64,000 nt of DNA from a virus (IMGVR_UViG_3300006153_000003); one strand, 5' to 3'; numbered from the stretch's first letter, positions 18,729 through 28,896 are shown. Notes: generated by a model from the sequence alone, not told the origin. Made by a program: numbers and translations.

Positions 18729-19655
18729 CTATGCAACAAATCTATTAACACTTTCAATTACAAAGTCTTCTGGATCAGTGTTGTTAATAACATCTACCCA
18801 TAGCATTCTTAATGATTTACTTTCATCACGATACTGTGGATATTTTGCAACTGCCTGGGTAATTAAATCTACAGGAGAAATCTTTTTTATTGAATTAATA
18901 ATTTTCTTCTGTACGAATTCCTGTTCATCTTTATATACTTTTCTGATTTCATACAAAGAATTGATCACTGCATGGCAATAACATTTCGGGAAATTATACC
19001 AAGCTGCCTTCTCCAACAACTCCAGGATCCAGTAAAAATAATCTTCATGCCCTCTTCTAAATATTGTCCTTGAAATTGTAAGGCAACTTAAGCATCTGGG
19101 ACTACTGGATTTCCTAACTTCAATATCATATCTGTCACAGGCTTCCTTTATTGCTGTATCAATCTCTTCCCCCTCACAAACATGAGCTTTAAAAATATCA
19201 TATGGATTCGGTTTCTTGATTCCATTTGCCTGGCATCCAAATAACCTAGCTTCTTCTTCCACAGTTAAACCGATAGTTACATCACACAGCAAATATTCCA
19301 ATCCTCTTGAATGCGCTGCTTCTTTCCTATGTTGTCCATCCCATACATAAAAGAAACCATCTTCTCGGTAGTTTACCTTAAGAGGATCACATTTAATGTC
19401 CTCCCACTCTCTTGTTAATGTCTTAATATGATTCTGAATCGGACGCTGATATGAATTATCAATATGTAAATCCTCTAACGGTATAATCGCAAACAACTTT
19501 CCATGTACCGGAATCGCGCTCATAATAATATTCAAAGCACTCTTGCGGGCTTCACTATTATCAGTGTGCCTTTTATTCATACTTCTCATCTTTTCAATAG
19601 CCTGCTCTTTCGTCATGTGAATACCTATCTCTTTCCTCTCTTTTAATGCTTTCAT
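18729..19655 (-). CDS. ParB/Srx-fold protein (DGQHR type)
   Basis: IDxxYQR and YVWDGQHR motifs. Confidence 0.7.
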   Translation of the reverse strand: MKALKERKEIGIHMTKEQAIEKMRSMNKRHTDNSEARKSALNIIMSAIPVHGKLFAIIPLEDLHIDNSYQRPIQNHIKTLTREWEDIKCDPLKVNYREDGFFYVWDGQHRKEAAHSRGLEYLLCDVTIGLTVEEEARLFGCQANGIKKPNPYDIFKAHVCEGEEIDTAIKEACDRYDIEVRKSSSPRCLSCLTISRTIFRRGHEDYFYWILELLEKAAWYNFPKCYCHAVINSLYEIRKVYKDEQEFVQKKIINSIKKISPVDLITQAVAKYPQYRDESKSLRMLWVDVINNTDPEDFVIESVNRFVA

Positions 19656-19826
19656 AATAATCTTCTCCTTTTCTTCTTAAACTTATTTTAATTTGTTCCT
19701 ATACCACTCTTACTCACGACTTTAGACGTGCATCGGCGTGGTTAAAACAAATTTCTGTATAATAAAAAGCATCTGGATTTTATTCTCCAAATGCTCATTA
19801 TTTTTACTCTGTATTCATTTCTGTAT

Positions 19827-20372
19827 CTATTCAACTTTCAAGTTGAAATCTTCATAGATTCCTACTGGCGTATCATCACCAAAAGGATATTCTTCCATCT
19901 CTTCTTTTTCAAATCGATAAACAGTCACTAGCTTCTTTCCCGGATCGACTACCCAGTATTCTCTAACACCTGCGGTTTTATACTTAAATAATTTCTTATA
20001 ATAATCCATTGACTTATTCCCAGGAGACACAATCTCTATAACCCAATCTGGCGCGCCATGACATCCTTTCTCATCCAATTTAGACGGATCACAGATAACA
20101 GAAATATCTGGCTCCACATAATTCGTATCGTCTTTATTCAGAAATACAGCGAATGGAGCTGGATAGATTTCACAGCTACCATCTTTCGAATCAATATAAT
20201 CTGCAATCTTTCTGCTTAATGATAATAAAAATTTTTGATGTGTCCGGCTTGGTGGAGTCATATAATAAATCTTTCCATCAATCAGCTCAGCATGTTTTCC
20301 ATCCGGCAGTGCATAAATATCGTCTATTGTATAGATTTCTTTATATGCTTCTTCTTTTCTCACCACATTCAT
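19827..20372 (-). CDS. Uma2-family PD-(D/E)xK endonuclease
   Basis: ELIDG, PSRTHQ, EPDISV, PDWVIEIVSP, GVREYWVVDP. Confidence 0.9.
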   Translation of the reverse strand: MNVVRKEEAYKEIYTIDDIYALPDGKHAELIDGKIYYMTPPSRTHQKFLLSLSRKIADYIDSKDGSCEIYPAPFAVFLNKDDTNYVEPDISVICDPSKLDEKGCHGAPDWVIEIVSPGNKSMDYYKKLFKYKTAGVREYWVVDPGKKLVTVYRFEKEEMEEYPFGDDTPVGIYEDFNLKVE

Positions 20373-20374
20373 TA

Positions 20375-20560
20375 CTACACCTCCACTTCATTCTCTATTA
20401 ATACCAAATCATCTTTTGTGGTATTATAATATTTCCTATCCTCTCCTTCAAAGTCTACAGTTCCATCTAAAAGGGGAACCACTAATCCATAGGTCTTCAC
20501 TTTATAACGCTTACTATAATATTTTTTGAAATTATGTTTTCTTGTACGCCCACATTCCAT
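20375..20560 (-). CDS. Hypothetical protein
   Basis: ORF track. Confidence 0.55.
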   Translation of the reverse strand: MECGRTRKHNFKKYYSKRYKVKTYGLVVPLLDGTVDFEGEDRKYYNTTKDDLVLIENEVEV

Positions 20561-20594
20561 AATAAAACCTTCCTTATCAAAACAATATCTAGAT

Positions 20595-20861
20595 TTATTG
20601 ACAATAGTCCTTGATTATTGATGACATGAGATTTTGATTATTAAGAACCGCATTAACATTTTTGTCTGTGATACCGCCTTGCATAGCTTCTGCATTTTCT
20701 AACACTGGTCTAATTGCACTCCTATGGAATCCTACTTTTGTCAATTTATCCAGTGTCTCTTTCCCGAGTAATGAGCATATCCTTTCTCCATAATCCGGTC
20801 GAATACCTGCTATTTTTAAAACCTTAAGATATTCAATATTTTTCATTTCTTTCACCTCCAA
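20595..20861 (-). CDS. Hypothetical protein
   Basis: ORF with RBS. Confidence 0.65.
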   Translation of the reverse strand: MEVKEMKNIEYLKVLKIAGIRPDYGERICSLLGKETLDKLTKVGFHRSAIRPVLENAEAMQGGITDKNVNAVLNNQNLMSSIIKDYCQ

Positions 20862-20893
20862 ATAAATCTATTATTTTATCTCATAAACTCCAA

Positions 20894-21823
20894 TTATATA
20901 TTATGAGTTTTCAAAAAATTCTGTACCGAATTATGAAATCCATCATCCGGACATTCTAAAGCAAGTCGAAAAAATTCTTTTGATTGTGTATAATTATTTA
21001 AACAATAATATGCTAAAGCACATAGATAATAGTTTCGACAACTTTTCTGCACATCTATAAGTTTCTTCCAAAAAAACAAAGCTTCATCAAAACTTCCATT
21101 TTCGTAATATAATCCTCCATACTCTCGTAAAACATTTGCCTTTTTAGGATCTAAAATCAAACAACATTCAAAAAACATACGAGACTTTTCAAATTCATTC
21201 CGTTCCTTATAATATATAGCTTTTTTATACATTTCATCCAGAATATATATGTGATTTCTTGATACTTCTAAACTTTCACCTGCAAATGTACCAGGAATAA
21301 CATTCATATCTGAATCCCCACGTACCCAACCCTTCGCCGGATGCAAATTAATCGCCGAAACCATTGTTCTTGATACTTTCCCTGCCAAATCTTCTTTTCC
21401 ATTCCAAAACTTCACCATTTTAGCATTAGAAGCATATTCTATAAACGCATTCAATTTTTTTCTACTTTCTTCATCCTTTTCACTTTTTTCAAAACTAATA
21501 GCTCCTATATTATCGTGTATAAACACGAAAACAGGTATTCCTTTTTGAACCGCATATCTATATTCCATTTCTGTAAAACTCTTTCCATTCTTCGTAACGC
21601 TTCCATATCTTCCTGCTATAATTAAAACGTAATAATCACATTCATCAATAACTGATTTTATAAATCTAAATTGTTCATCGTCATCAGCTGGAAAGTTTTC
21701 CATACTACAAGGTATACAATTCAACTCAAGCAATGATTGAATAACCTCCCTTCTTTCTTCTCGTAAATCATCGTATGTCGAACTTAAAAATACTGTATAT
21801 TTTTTATTCATGTATACCTCCAT
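20894..21823 (-). CDS. DUF4062 (TIR-like) domain plus TPR protein
   Basis: VFLSSTYDDLREER, GRYGS, SFTEMEY motifs; C-terminal TPR-like helices. Confidence 0.85.
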   Translation of the reverse strand: MEVYMNKKYTVFLSSTYDDLREERREVIQSLLELNCIPCSMENFPADDDEQFRFIKSVIDECDYYVLIIAGRYGSVTKNGKSFTEMEYRYAVQKGIPVFVFIHDNIGAISFEKSEKDEESRKKLNAFIEYASNAKMVKFWNGKEDLAGKVSRTMVSAINLHPAKGWVRGDSDMNVIPGTFAGESLEVSRNHIYILDEMYKKAIYYKERNEFEKSRMFFECCLILDPKKANVLREYGGLYYENGSFDEALFFWKKLIDVQKSCRNYYLCALAYYCLNNYTQSKEFFRLALECPDDGFHNSVQNFLKTHNI

Positions 21824-21837
21824 TAACTTAAAACATT

Positions 21838-22170
21838 TTATCCAACCATTTTTCCAATTGCTTCTTCAACAGCAGCATTTAAACTTTTCCCATGTTCAAA
21901 CGCATACACAGCAATATTCCGATGAAGTTCTGGACTGATCCTGACATTAAACGTTCCCTTGTATGGCTGCTCAGGTTCCACGTCTCGTTCTTCACAATCC
22001 GTCAAGTATTCATCAATCACATTCTGGAAATCTTGTTCTAACTCCTGCACAGAATCCCCTTCATACGATAACAAAGATCTTATCCCAACGACTTTCCCAA
22101 ATAAACACCTGTCTTCTTTGGAATATTCCACTGTACCATTGTAATTCTTATATGATAACAAATTACTCAT
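21838..22170 (-). CDS. hicB: HicB antitoxin
   Basis: YKNYNGTVEYS...YKGTFNVRISPELH. Confidence 0.9.
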   Translation of the reverse strand: MSNLLSYKNYNGTVEYSKEDRCLFGKVVGIRSLLSYEGDSVQELEQDFQNVIDEYLTDCEERDVEPEQPYKGTFNVRISPELHRNIAVYAFEHGKSLNAAVEEAIGKMVG

Positions 22171-22418
22171 AACAATCCATCCTTCCTCAATTTCTCTATT
22201 ATCTGTTCCAATGCATATCTCTTTAGGATTCCGCTTGGGTGTGGCTTATGGAAATGTATCACTTCATTACTTCCATATTTTACAAATTTTACGCCCGATC
22301 CAGTTCCGCCCTGTTTTAATTCATACCCAAAATATGATAGCAAGGACTCCATTTCATCAAAAGTAAAGTCTTTCGGTTTCTTCAGTAATCTATCTATCAA
22401 TTTATCTTTCTTACTCAT
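22167..22418 (-). CDS. hicA: HicA toxin
   Basis: PKDFTFDE...GSGVKF...HKPHP. Confidence 0.9.
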   Translation of the reverse strand: MSKKDKLIDRLLKKPKDFTFDEMESLLSYFGYELKQGGTGSGVKFVKYGSNEVIHFHKPHPSGILKRYALEQIIEKLRKDGLL

Positions 22419-22483
22419 GACATTTCTCCTTTATATATAGTGTACTACTCTACAAGAAAATATGCAACTATTTCTAGTTGCTA

Positions 22484-22543
22484 TTTATGTATACTACAAA
22501 AGGCATTAATCCCAACAACTAATGCCCTCTAACCACACACAAA
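22484..22543 (-). repeat. Repeated extended hairpin motif, copy 1
   Basis: Outer stem + GGTTAG + inner hairpin + TTGTAGT; homologous to 31140 and 33139. Confidence 0.65.
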
Positions 22544-22563
22544 TTCGACACCACAGGAAACAA

Positions 22564-22980
22564 TCATTTCATTCCTATCATTTTGCCAAAATACATTGCT
22601 GCTTTCCCATTTCCACCTTCATATTTTCTTCCAATACATCCGACTAAAGCGGAATCTAATGAATAATAACTTGTATTAGTATCTCTATAATTGAAGTATC
22701 CGTGGTAATGAACTCCTTCGTCATTTATGGCTTCGACGATCTGATATTCTCCAATACAATGAATCCTAACAACTTCTCCCCAATGATACTCTCGCTCTAT
22801 TAGGATAAGTTTTTCATCGTGTGTCGCTTGTCTAACATCATTTTCAGTTATTGCTTTAAGTCTTGACGTAGAATATGTTCCATAATTACATGGCAAAAAT
22901 CTCATAACCTCTTTATTATCATAATCTGTAACAACAGTTCCAACTTCATCTTCATATATAACAATATCACCACTTTTCAC
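22564..22980 (-). CDS. Hypothetical phage protein
   Basis: ORF with RBS. Confidence 0.75.
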   Translation of the reverse strand: MKSGDIVIYEDEVGTVVTDYDNKEVMRFLPCNYGTYSTSRLKAITENDVRQATHDEKLILIEREYHWGEVVRIHCIGEYQIVEAINDEGVHYHGYFNYRDTNTSYYSLDSALVGCIGRKYEGGNGKAAMYFGKMIGMK

Positions 22981-23016
22981 TGTATTTCTCTCCTTTTTCT
23001 TCCATGAAATAATCCT

Positions 23017-24054
23017 TTACTCAGGCATAAAAAATTCAGAAAAACTATCATTCAAAATCCTCGTTCTGATATTAACTGCCTCTTCCGTAACCGCAATACG
23101 TCCTTTTGCAAATTCATTATACCTACTATTTACAGAAATATCCCTTGTCTCAGTTCCAAAGAAATCGACTATCCATTCTTTCACAACTTCTAAATCCATA
23201 TTCTCACTAACAACTTTTTGCATAATAGGCATTATAGAAATCATATGATTCTTTCCTAATATCTTTTTTGCAATTTTGGGTTTCTCATTTTGTAAATCTT
23301 TGCAGACACTAAGAAATTCATCGAAAATATTATTTATCTCTTCCATTTGATCTTCTGTAATTACCGATTCTTTCATAACAGGTCTGATGTACTTCGTTTC
23401 GAAGGATTTCTTATTACTATACAATAATACCCATGTCTTGATCACAACATCCTCGTTTGCATAGGAAACAAGTGATTTTTCTGACAAAGCAAAATTAAAC
23501 AAATCATGACTGGCCATCTTGCGTATCTTATCACCAGATGCAGCATTCGCCCTTGTTAATTCAATCGCAGTTAATGATTTTCCATTATTCAATCTCCGGA
23601 ACATCTCTTCTGCATCTTCCTGATCCATATTCTCATAATAATATACTGTAAGACTATATGTCTTAATCGTATCCTGAACATCCTCTGGCAACTGAGAATA
23701 TACTAACCCATTAAAATCCTGCACATTCCCCTCTTCATCTTCAAAAGTAGGAATATTTACCAAGGGGAATTCATCTTTTAAAAATTTTACAATAGTAGTC
23801 ACTCGCTGCTTACCATCCAAAAAATCATATATTTTGCTCTTGACATCTTCAAATATACAATTACAGTACATCGGTGGAACTGGAAGCCCTCTCATCATGC
23901 TATCTATCAACATACTCATACGATTATCCTTCGAAGTATTCTTCCAGACAAAAGATCTCTGTACAGCATTATCAAAAGATAAATTTCCCTTTTCATACAT
24001 TACTTTTAAATCTCTTGCCATTCTAGGGAAAGATTTTCTCTCATATGTTTTCAT
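23017..24054 (-). CDS. DUF262 domain protein
   Basis: QRSFVW, LIDSMMRGLPVP, LDGKQRVTT, FRRLNNG. Confidence 0.85.
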   Translation of the reverse strand: MKTYERKSFPRMARDLKVMYEKGNLSFDNAVQRSFVWKNTSKDNRMSMLIDSMMRGLPVPPMYCNCIFEDVKSKIYDFLDGKQRVTTIVKFLKDEFPLVNIPTFEDEEGNVQDFNGLVYSQLPEDVQDTIKTYSLTVYYYENMDQEDAEEMFRRLNNGKSLTAIELTRANAASGDKIRKMASHDLFNFALSEKSLVSYANEDVVIKTWVLLYSNKKSFETKYIRPVMKESVITEDQMEEINNIFDEFLSVCKDLQNEKPKIAKKILGKNHMISIMPIMQKVVSENMDLEVVKEWIVDFFGTETRDISVNSRYNEFAKGRIAVTEEAVNIRTRILNDSFSEFFMPE

Positions 24055-24271
24055 CTATAAACCTCCAGTTCATCTTATCGGTTATGCTCTCTTTTCCATC
24101 TCTCTGTATCTTTCCTTAATTCTTCCATAATTATCCTGGTATTGTCCTTCCCAATCTCATCACATTCCTTGAGGACTCTTCTCTCATCTGCGGTTGATAC
24201 AAATAACCATATTCCAAATCCTATTAGTAAAAATAGTATTACCATCTCAATTCCTCCATTTTCTTACTATT

Positions 24272-24490
24272 TTACGCCAATTTTCTATTTCTTTCAATAT
24301 TTTTTCTATGTTTCTTAAATTTCCTGAATCTTTTTCTGTAACAAAACTTTCTCTTTTCCCAGATGATCCGGTCATAGTCTGTTCTCGGCATTACCGATAC
24401 AGAGCCTGAGTCATTACACTTAACAATTATCATTTGTTCCTGACAATGATTGCACTTGAATTCTCCTATTACCACATATGAATTTTTCAC
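24272..24490 (-). CDS. Hypothetical protein
   Basis: ORF track. Confidence 0.55.
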   Translation of the reverse strand: MKNSYVVIGEFKCNHCQEQMIIVKCNDSGSVSVMPRTDYDRIIWEKRKFCYRKRFRKFKKHRKNIERNRKLA

Positions 24491-24613
24491 ATCTAATTAT
24501 ATCCTTCCACTAAAAAATCACCAGATCATTTCTCTGATGATTTTTTATCAAAATTAACACACACCCAAACATTCTCATATGTAAATACAATTGAATAGAA
24601 TAGAAGGTACATT

Positions 24614-24814
24614 TTATCGCGTCAAGTCAATATTATATAATACCCAATCTACAATGTATTCCATATCACCATCTTCATTTGTAAAGAATCCATCTTTAAA
24701 ATTATTTTCACAATATTCTTCTACATACTCTTTGAATCCATCTTAAGAATACATATCGTTATTTTTATTCCACTCATTTTGTAATCTTTTAAGTATATTT
24801 TCTTTATTCAACAT
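24614..24814 (-). pseudogene. Small gene with an in-frame TAA at codon 24
   Basis: GGAGG RBS; MLNKENILKRLQNEWNKNNDMYS*DGFKEYVEEY... Confidence 0.55.
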
Positions 24815-24901
24815 ATTTCCCTCCACACTTAGAATCTACAAAATAAAAGCATCTGGATTTATTTTCCAAATGCTTTTAAACAATTCACTATTTTCTGTTA
24901 C

Positions 24902-25228
24902 CTACATAAAACTGATTATCAGTTCCTTTGCTTCATTCCATAAATCTTCTGGACATTCTTCTTTAAACTGAGCGTTTCTAGCACCAACATCCAACATTTT
25001 CGCCTGATCACACAATATCACGCCTGTTGTTTGCGTCCGCTCATCCAATTCTATATGAAACGGATGCTTTTTATTAGTGTTAGTTATCGGACAAACAAAT
25101 GCCAATGAGCTATGATGATTCAAAATGTCATTACTCAGGACAAGTGCTGGTCTTCTTCCGCTCTGTTCATGACCCTTTTGCGGGTTAAAATCCATAACGA
25201 TTATGTCACCTTGTTTATAAGTTACCAC
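24902..25228 (-). CDS. mazF: PemK/MazF toxin
   Basis: FNPQKGHEQSGRRPALVLSN. Confidence 0.9.
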   Translation of the reverse strand: MVTYKQGDIIVMDFNPQKGHEQSGRRPALVLSNDILNHHSSLAFVCPITNTNKKHPFHIELDERTQTTGVILCDQAKMLDVGARNAQFKEECPEDLWNEAKELIISFM

Positions 25229-25602
25229 TGTTCATTCCCTACTGGATCACCTACGTCAACCTCTTGTGTACTTTCGATATAAATTTCGTCTATCGGTTTA
25301 TTGTAGAATGATTCCAACCTTTCTTGTAAATTAAGATATTTAGGCTTATTGATTTTTTCAATAGTCATTTTTCCATCATATATATTTATCACGACTGTAT
25401 CGTCTTCCTTTAAATTCATTTGCGCCAATACTTCCTTTGACAATCTGATTCCCTGACTATTTCCCCACCTCCGTATTGTAGTTTTTGTTGTAAAATTAAA
25501 AATTGTATCTTTTGTTATCTCCTTTGTTTTCATTTCCATATTTATCCCTATCTCTCTGTTCGTTTGTGTACTATCTTTTGTGATATTTGTATCTTCGTAC
25601 AT
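25222..25602 (-). CDS. mazE: AbrB/MazE antitoxin
   Basis: IRRWGNSQGIRL...GDPVGNEQW. Confidence 0.85.
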   Translation of the reverse strand: MYEDTNITKDSTQTNREIGINMEMKTKEITKDTIFNFTTKTTIRRWGNSQGIRLSKEVLAQMNLKEDDTVVINIYDGKMTIEKINKPKYLNLQERLESFYNKPIDEIYIESTQEVDVGDPVGNEQW

Positions 25603-25719
25603 TTAATCTCTTATCTTATGATTTTATATATGATGAAATATATCTCATATCTTAAGTATATACATAGTATATCCGTTTGTCAACATAAAAATTCCCAAAC
25701 ATTCAATAAAATGCGAATT

Positions 25720-26133
25720 TTATCTAGGCAACATATAATTATAATCATTGATAATGCTTAATGTCGCAAGTTCCTCCTCCATCCAACCGTTACCTTCTTC
25801 ATAAAGACTATCCAAAAAGTCATCTTTTTCTTTTGTTGTTTTAAAACGACCTGCCACCCTTGGTTTTCCTTCCATATCTTCCCAAGGAATATAAGTTACC
25901 GTCCATCCTTTTTTTTCTTCACTCTCAAGCTCAAAGTGAGAAGTTTTAAATTGTCCTAATTTATATTTTTCGCTTGGAATATGATACGTATAAAATGTGG
26001 CATATTCATCACCGTCTGAATCTTTCCAGATACTATCATTATCCATATAATACCGGCTACCCACTGTTATTTGTCCAGGATATGTTGTTCTTTCATTTAT
26101 ACATTTTACTAATTTCATATTGCTTTCCTCCAA
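25720..26133 (-). CDS. Hypothetical phage protein
   Basis: ORF track. Confidence 0.7.
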   Translation of the reverse strand: MEESNMKLVKCINERTTYPGQITVGSRYYMDNDSIWKDSDGDEYATFYTYHIPSEKYKLGQFKTSHFELESEEKKGWTVTYIPWEDMEGKPRVAGRFKTTKEKDDFLDSLYEEGNGWMEEELATLSIINDYNYMLPR

Positions 26134-26325
26134 TCACTCATTTCCCCTAACTTCCGTCACAAACAAATCTCTGTCATACTTATAATCTTCTCCATCACGA
26201 GGTAAATCAATGATCCCTTCCTCAACTTTATTAGTAATTTCATCCCAGGCTGCCTCCTCGTCCTGAGCTTCCACTTCTACATATCTTCTATATGTTTCCA
26301 CAATTTCTACTTTATATTTTGACAT
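26134..26325 (-). CDS. DpnD/PcfM-like small protein
   Basis: KYKVEIVETYRRYVEVEAxDEEAA. Confidence 0.65.
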   Translation of the reverse strand: MSKYKVEIVETYRRYVEVEAQDEEAAWDEITNKVEEGIIDLPRDGEDYKYDRDLFVTEVRGNE

Positions 26326-26338
26326 TTATTATTTCCTC

Positions 26339-27529
26339 CTATGCGGCTTTATTCCTTGTTATACAAGCATTCATACTTTCTTCAATATTTAAGCCTTTGA
26401 TATTTACTGGTAACACTAGGAAACCATATTCTTCCCCATATATCATCAATGGTCCTTTATTATTAACTCCCTGACATAATGGATTTTCCGAATCAACTAT
26501 ACTAAAAGCTTCTGCAAGATAATTCGGGTCAAATCCTATATAAAAATCATCTTTCATATGATTATTTTTAGTATTCAAAACATCAAATGCCTCATATCTT
26601 GACGTTCGCAAATATGTATATAATATTCCCTCTTCACTATGTAAGACTACCGGCTTCTTCACTTCAGATCCTTTTAATAAATCACAATCATATTTCATTA
26701 CATTTAAAATATCTTCTTTCACCACATTAAATGAATATTCGTAGTCTTTTGGTAACATTTGTTCTACCTTAAAATATTGACCAGCAACTCTTTTGATAAT
26801 ATATGTAAAATTGTCACCTTCTACTCTGATATATTTTTTATCTTGGTATATTTTGATTCTATTATCTGATTTTTTGTCTAATAACTTTTTAAATACTGGC
26901 ATACATTTTCTATGCAATAGAACACTTTCATTTTCTTTCTCAATTTCTTGATTGTTTAATGATCTCATTCCTATCCTGTGCCCATCAAGAACTTCTATTC
27001 TTTTACTACCTGTATTGAAATTGAATACTTGCATCATTTTATTGCTTTCATTATTGCTAGTATGAGTAAACAGGTTGACAACAGTATCTAATAACCAGGA
27101 CTCTTTAACAGAAAGAATACACTCTTCTGTTTCATTTTTTGATGGTAAAAATATATCCGTATTTTCATACCGTGGAATAGTAATACACTTATTTCCTACT
27201 TTAACACTGATTTTATTTTCTTTTTCCGTACTAATATCTTCCAGTGTAATATTACCATTCATTTTTGTAATGATATTCAGATCATCTACATCAATACCAA
27301 GTACACCAGGACTTGTATTCCATGCACTATCATTTCTTATTTCCGCATAATGCTCATAATCCGTACCAAGAATCTTAACTATTCCATTTGCATCTACTTG
27401 AAAATATAATCTGGTAAGCGTAGAAATTTTTAGCTTTTTATTAATAGCAGCTACTCCCTTATCTATCATTTTTTTCAGTTCTTTACTATTCATTGTAAAT
27501 TTCAACATTGTATTTTCCTCCAATTTCAA
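26339..27529 (-). CDS. DNA polymerase III beta sliding clamp-like protein
   Basis: GTDYE, LDGHRI, GQYFKVEQMLP, IGFDPNYL, C-terminal LVLPV. Confidence 0.8.
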   Translation of the reverse strand: MKLEENTMLKFTMNSKELKKMIDKGVAAINKKLKISTLTRLYFQVDANGIVKILGTDYEHYAEIRNDSAWNTSPGVLGIDVDDLNIITKMNGNITLEDISTEKENKISVKVGNKCITIPRYENTDIFLPSKNETEECILSVKESWLLDTVVNLFTHTSNNESNKMMQVFNFNTGSKRIEVLDGHRIGMRSLNNQEIEKENESVLLHRKCMPVFKKLLDKKSDNRIKIYQDKKYIRVEGDNFTYIIKRVAGQYFKVEQMLPKDYEYSFNVVKEDILNVMKYDCDLLKGSEVKKPVVLHSEEGILYTYLRTSRYEAFDVLNTKNNHMKDDFYIGFDPNYLAEAFSIVDSENPLCQGVNNKGPLMIYGEEYGFLVLPVNIKGLNIEESMNACITRNKAA

Positions 27530-27550
27530 ATCATATATAACTTTTAAATG

Positions 27551-27946
27551 CTACTCCCAATCATATTTAAATAATCTATCCTTCTGGGCTTCAATTCTTT
27601 CTTGAATATCCATTATTTCTCCGATTAGATTACCGTATTTTTCATTCAATAATGATTCTGCTTTACTTTTAACTAATTCAGATATTTGCTCATCAACCCT
27701 TTTTGCCACTTTACTAAAATCCAATTCAATTCCACCAACGGAAAAAATAACAGGATAACTACCATCTTCCTCCTTTTTCATTTTATCAATCAACTCATGT
27801 TTTTCCCCTATTGCTGCACATATCATCCACATTTCCATATCACCATGTTTGGGTTTATAATTTGTCATACTATCTTCTCCTTTCCTATACTTAAATATGT
27901 AATAATTATCTATAGGAGTGTATTGTCGCACCATACTTATTACCAC
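27551..27946 (-). CDS. Hypothetical phage protein (likely start ~27868)
   Basis: ORF track. Confidence 0.65.
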   Translation of the reverse strand: MVISMVRQYTPIDNYYIFKYRKGEDSMTNYKPKHGDMEMWMICAAIGEKHELIDKMKKEEDGSYPVIFSVGGIELDFSKVAKRVDEQISELVKSKAESLLNEKYGNLIGEIMDIQERIEAQKDRLFKYDWE

Positions 27947-28112
27947 ATGTGCACCTTAATTCCAACGTAATCTTTGGATTTTGATAATCCTCCTTATAAT
28001 GGTGTATAGGAACCAATCTTGCTTCCTTCCCACATCTACTACATATAACCTTAAATCCATCCTTATTTCCATACTCCTCTGTTCCGAATGCTCTCATTAT
28101 ATTTCCCTCCAA
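27906..28112 (-). CDS. Small Zn-ribbon protein
   Basis: CSRC...CTCG. Confidence 0.65.
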   Translation of the reverse strand: MEGNIMRAFGTEEYGNKDGFKVICSRCGKEARLVPIHHYKEDYQNPKITLELRCTCGNKYGATIHSYR

Positions 28113-28140
28113 TTCATAAATTAAATACGAGTTTTATCTG

Positions 28141-28554
28141 CTAATTCCATAATTCGTTTATATTACTAATAAGTTTTTCTTCATCAATCCCATCGTTGTA
28201 ATTTATAAACTCATTAATAATACACTCTTTTGCAGCTTTAATATAATATAATACACCATTTGCTGAAGTTCGTGTTATATATTTTTCCATAGTTTTAGGA
28301 ATAATAGGCTCTGCTTCGTCGAGTATTTCAAAAGAAATCCTTCTAAAAACATTATTCTTATTCGCCATTTCTAACGGATAATCCTTTTTAAAATAATCAA
28401 ACTCAGGATGTGAGTCAATAAATATCCTTACACCATTATTCATTGGTATTATAAGACATAAAGATGTATTATTTATTACATATGAAATTTCTTTACCCAA
28501 AATTTTCGCTTTGCTTTCTGTGTATTTTTTTATTGCTTCTCTAATTGTCATCAC
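28141..28554 (-). CDS. Hypothetical cassette gene
   Basis: ORF between junction sites 28122 and 28581. Confidence 0.7.
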   Translation of the reverse strand: MMTIREAIKKYTESKAKILGKEISYVINNTSLCLIIPMNNGVRIFIDSHPEFDYFKKDYPLEMANKNNVFRRISFEILDEAEPIIPKTMEKYITRTSANGVLYYIKAAKECIINEFINYNDGIDEEKLISNINELWN

Positions 28555-28602
28555 ATATCCTCTCTATCTATTTATAGTCTTGAAATTCCGACTTTATTGC
28601 CT

Positions 28603-28896
28603 TTAACAGATTCCACCATGTATTTTGCAAATTTCTTCCATATGTTCCACTGGAACATGTCCATAAGTACCAGGAGAATTTTCATATAAAAAGGCAAAAC
28701 CTTCTATTTCCTCTTCACTTGTATATACTTCAACAGTTTCATAATTTCCATTTTCCAGTTTTTCTTCAGGATCGCACATATGAAACTCTGAAGCTTGTAC
28801 TGATAATTCAGTACCATCTTTAAGTTTTAATTTTGGAAACAACCCTCTTGAATTTCTATTTTGTGCCACATACTTTAACCATTCTCTAAATGTCAT
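28603..28896 (-). CDS. Conserved phage protein
   Basis: KDGTELSVQASEFHMCxP...HGGI motif. Confidence 0.75.
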   Translation of the reverse strand: MTFREWLKYVAQNRNSRGLFPKLKLKDGTELSVQASEFHMCDPEEKLENGNYETVEVYTSEEEIEGFAFLYENSPGTYGHVPVEHMEEICKIHGGIC

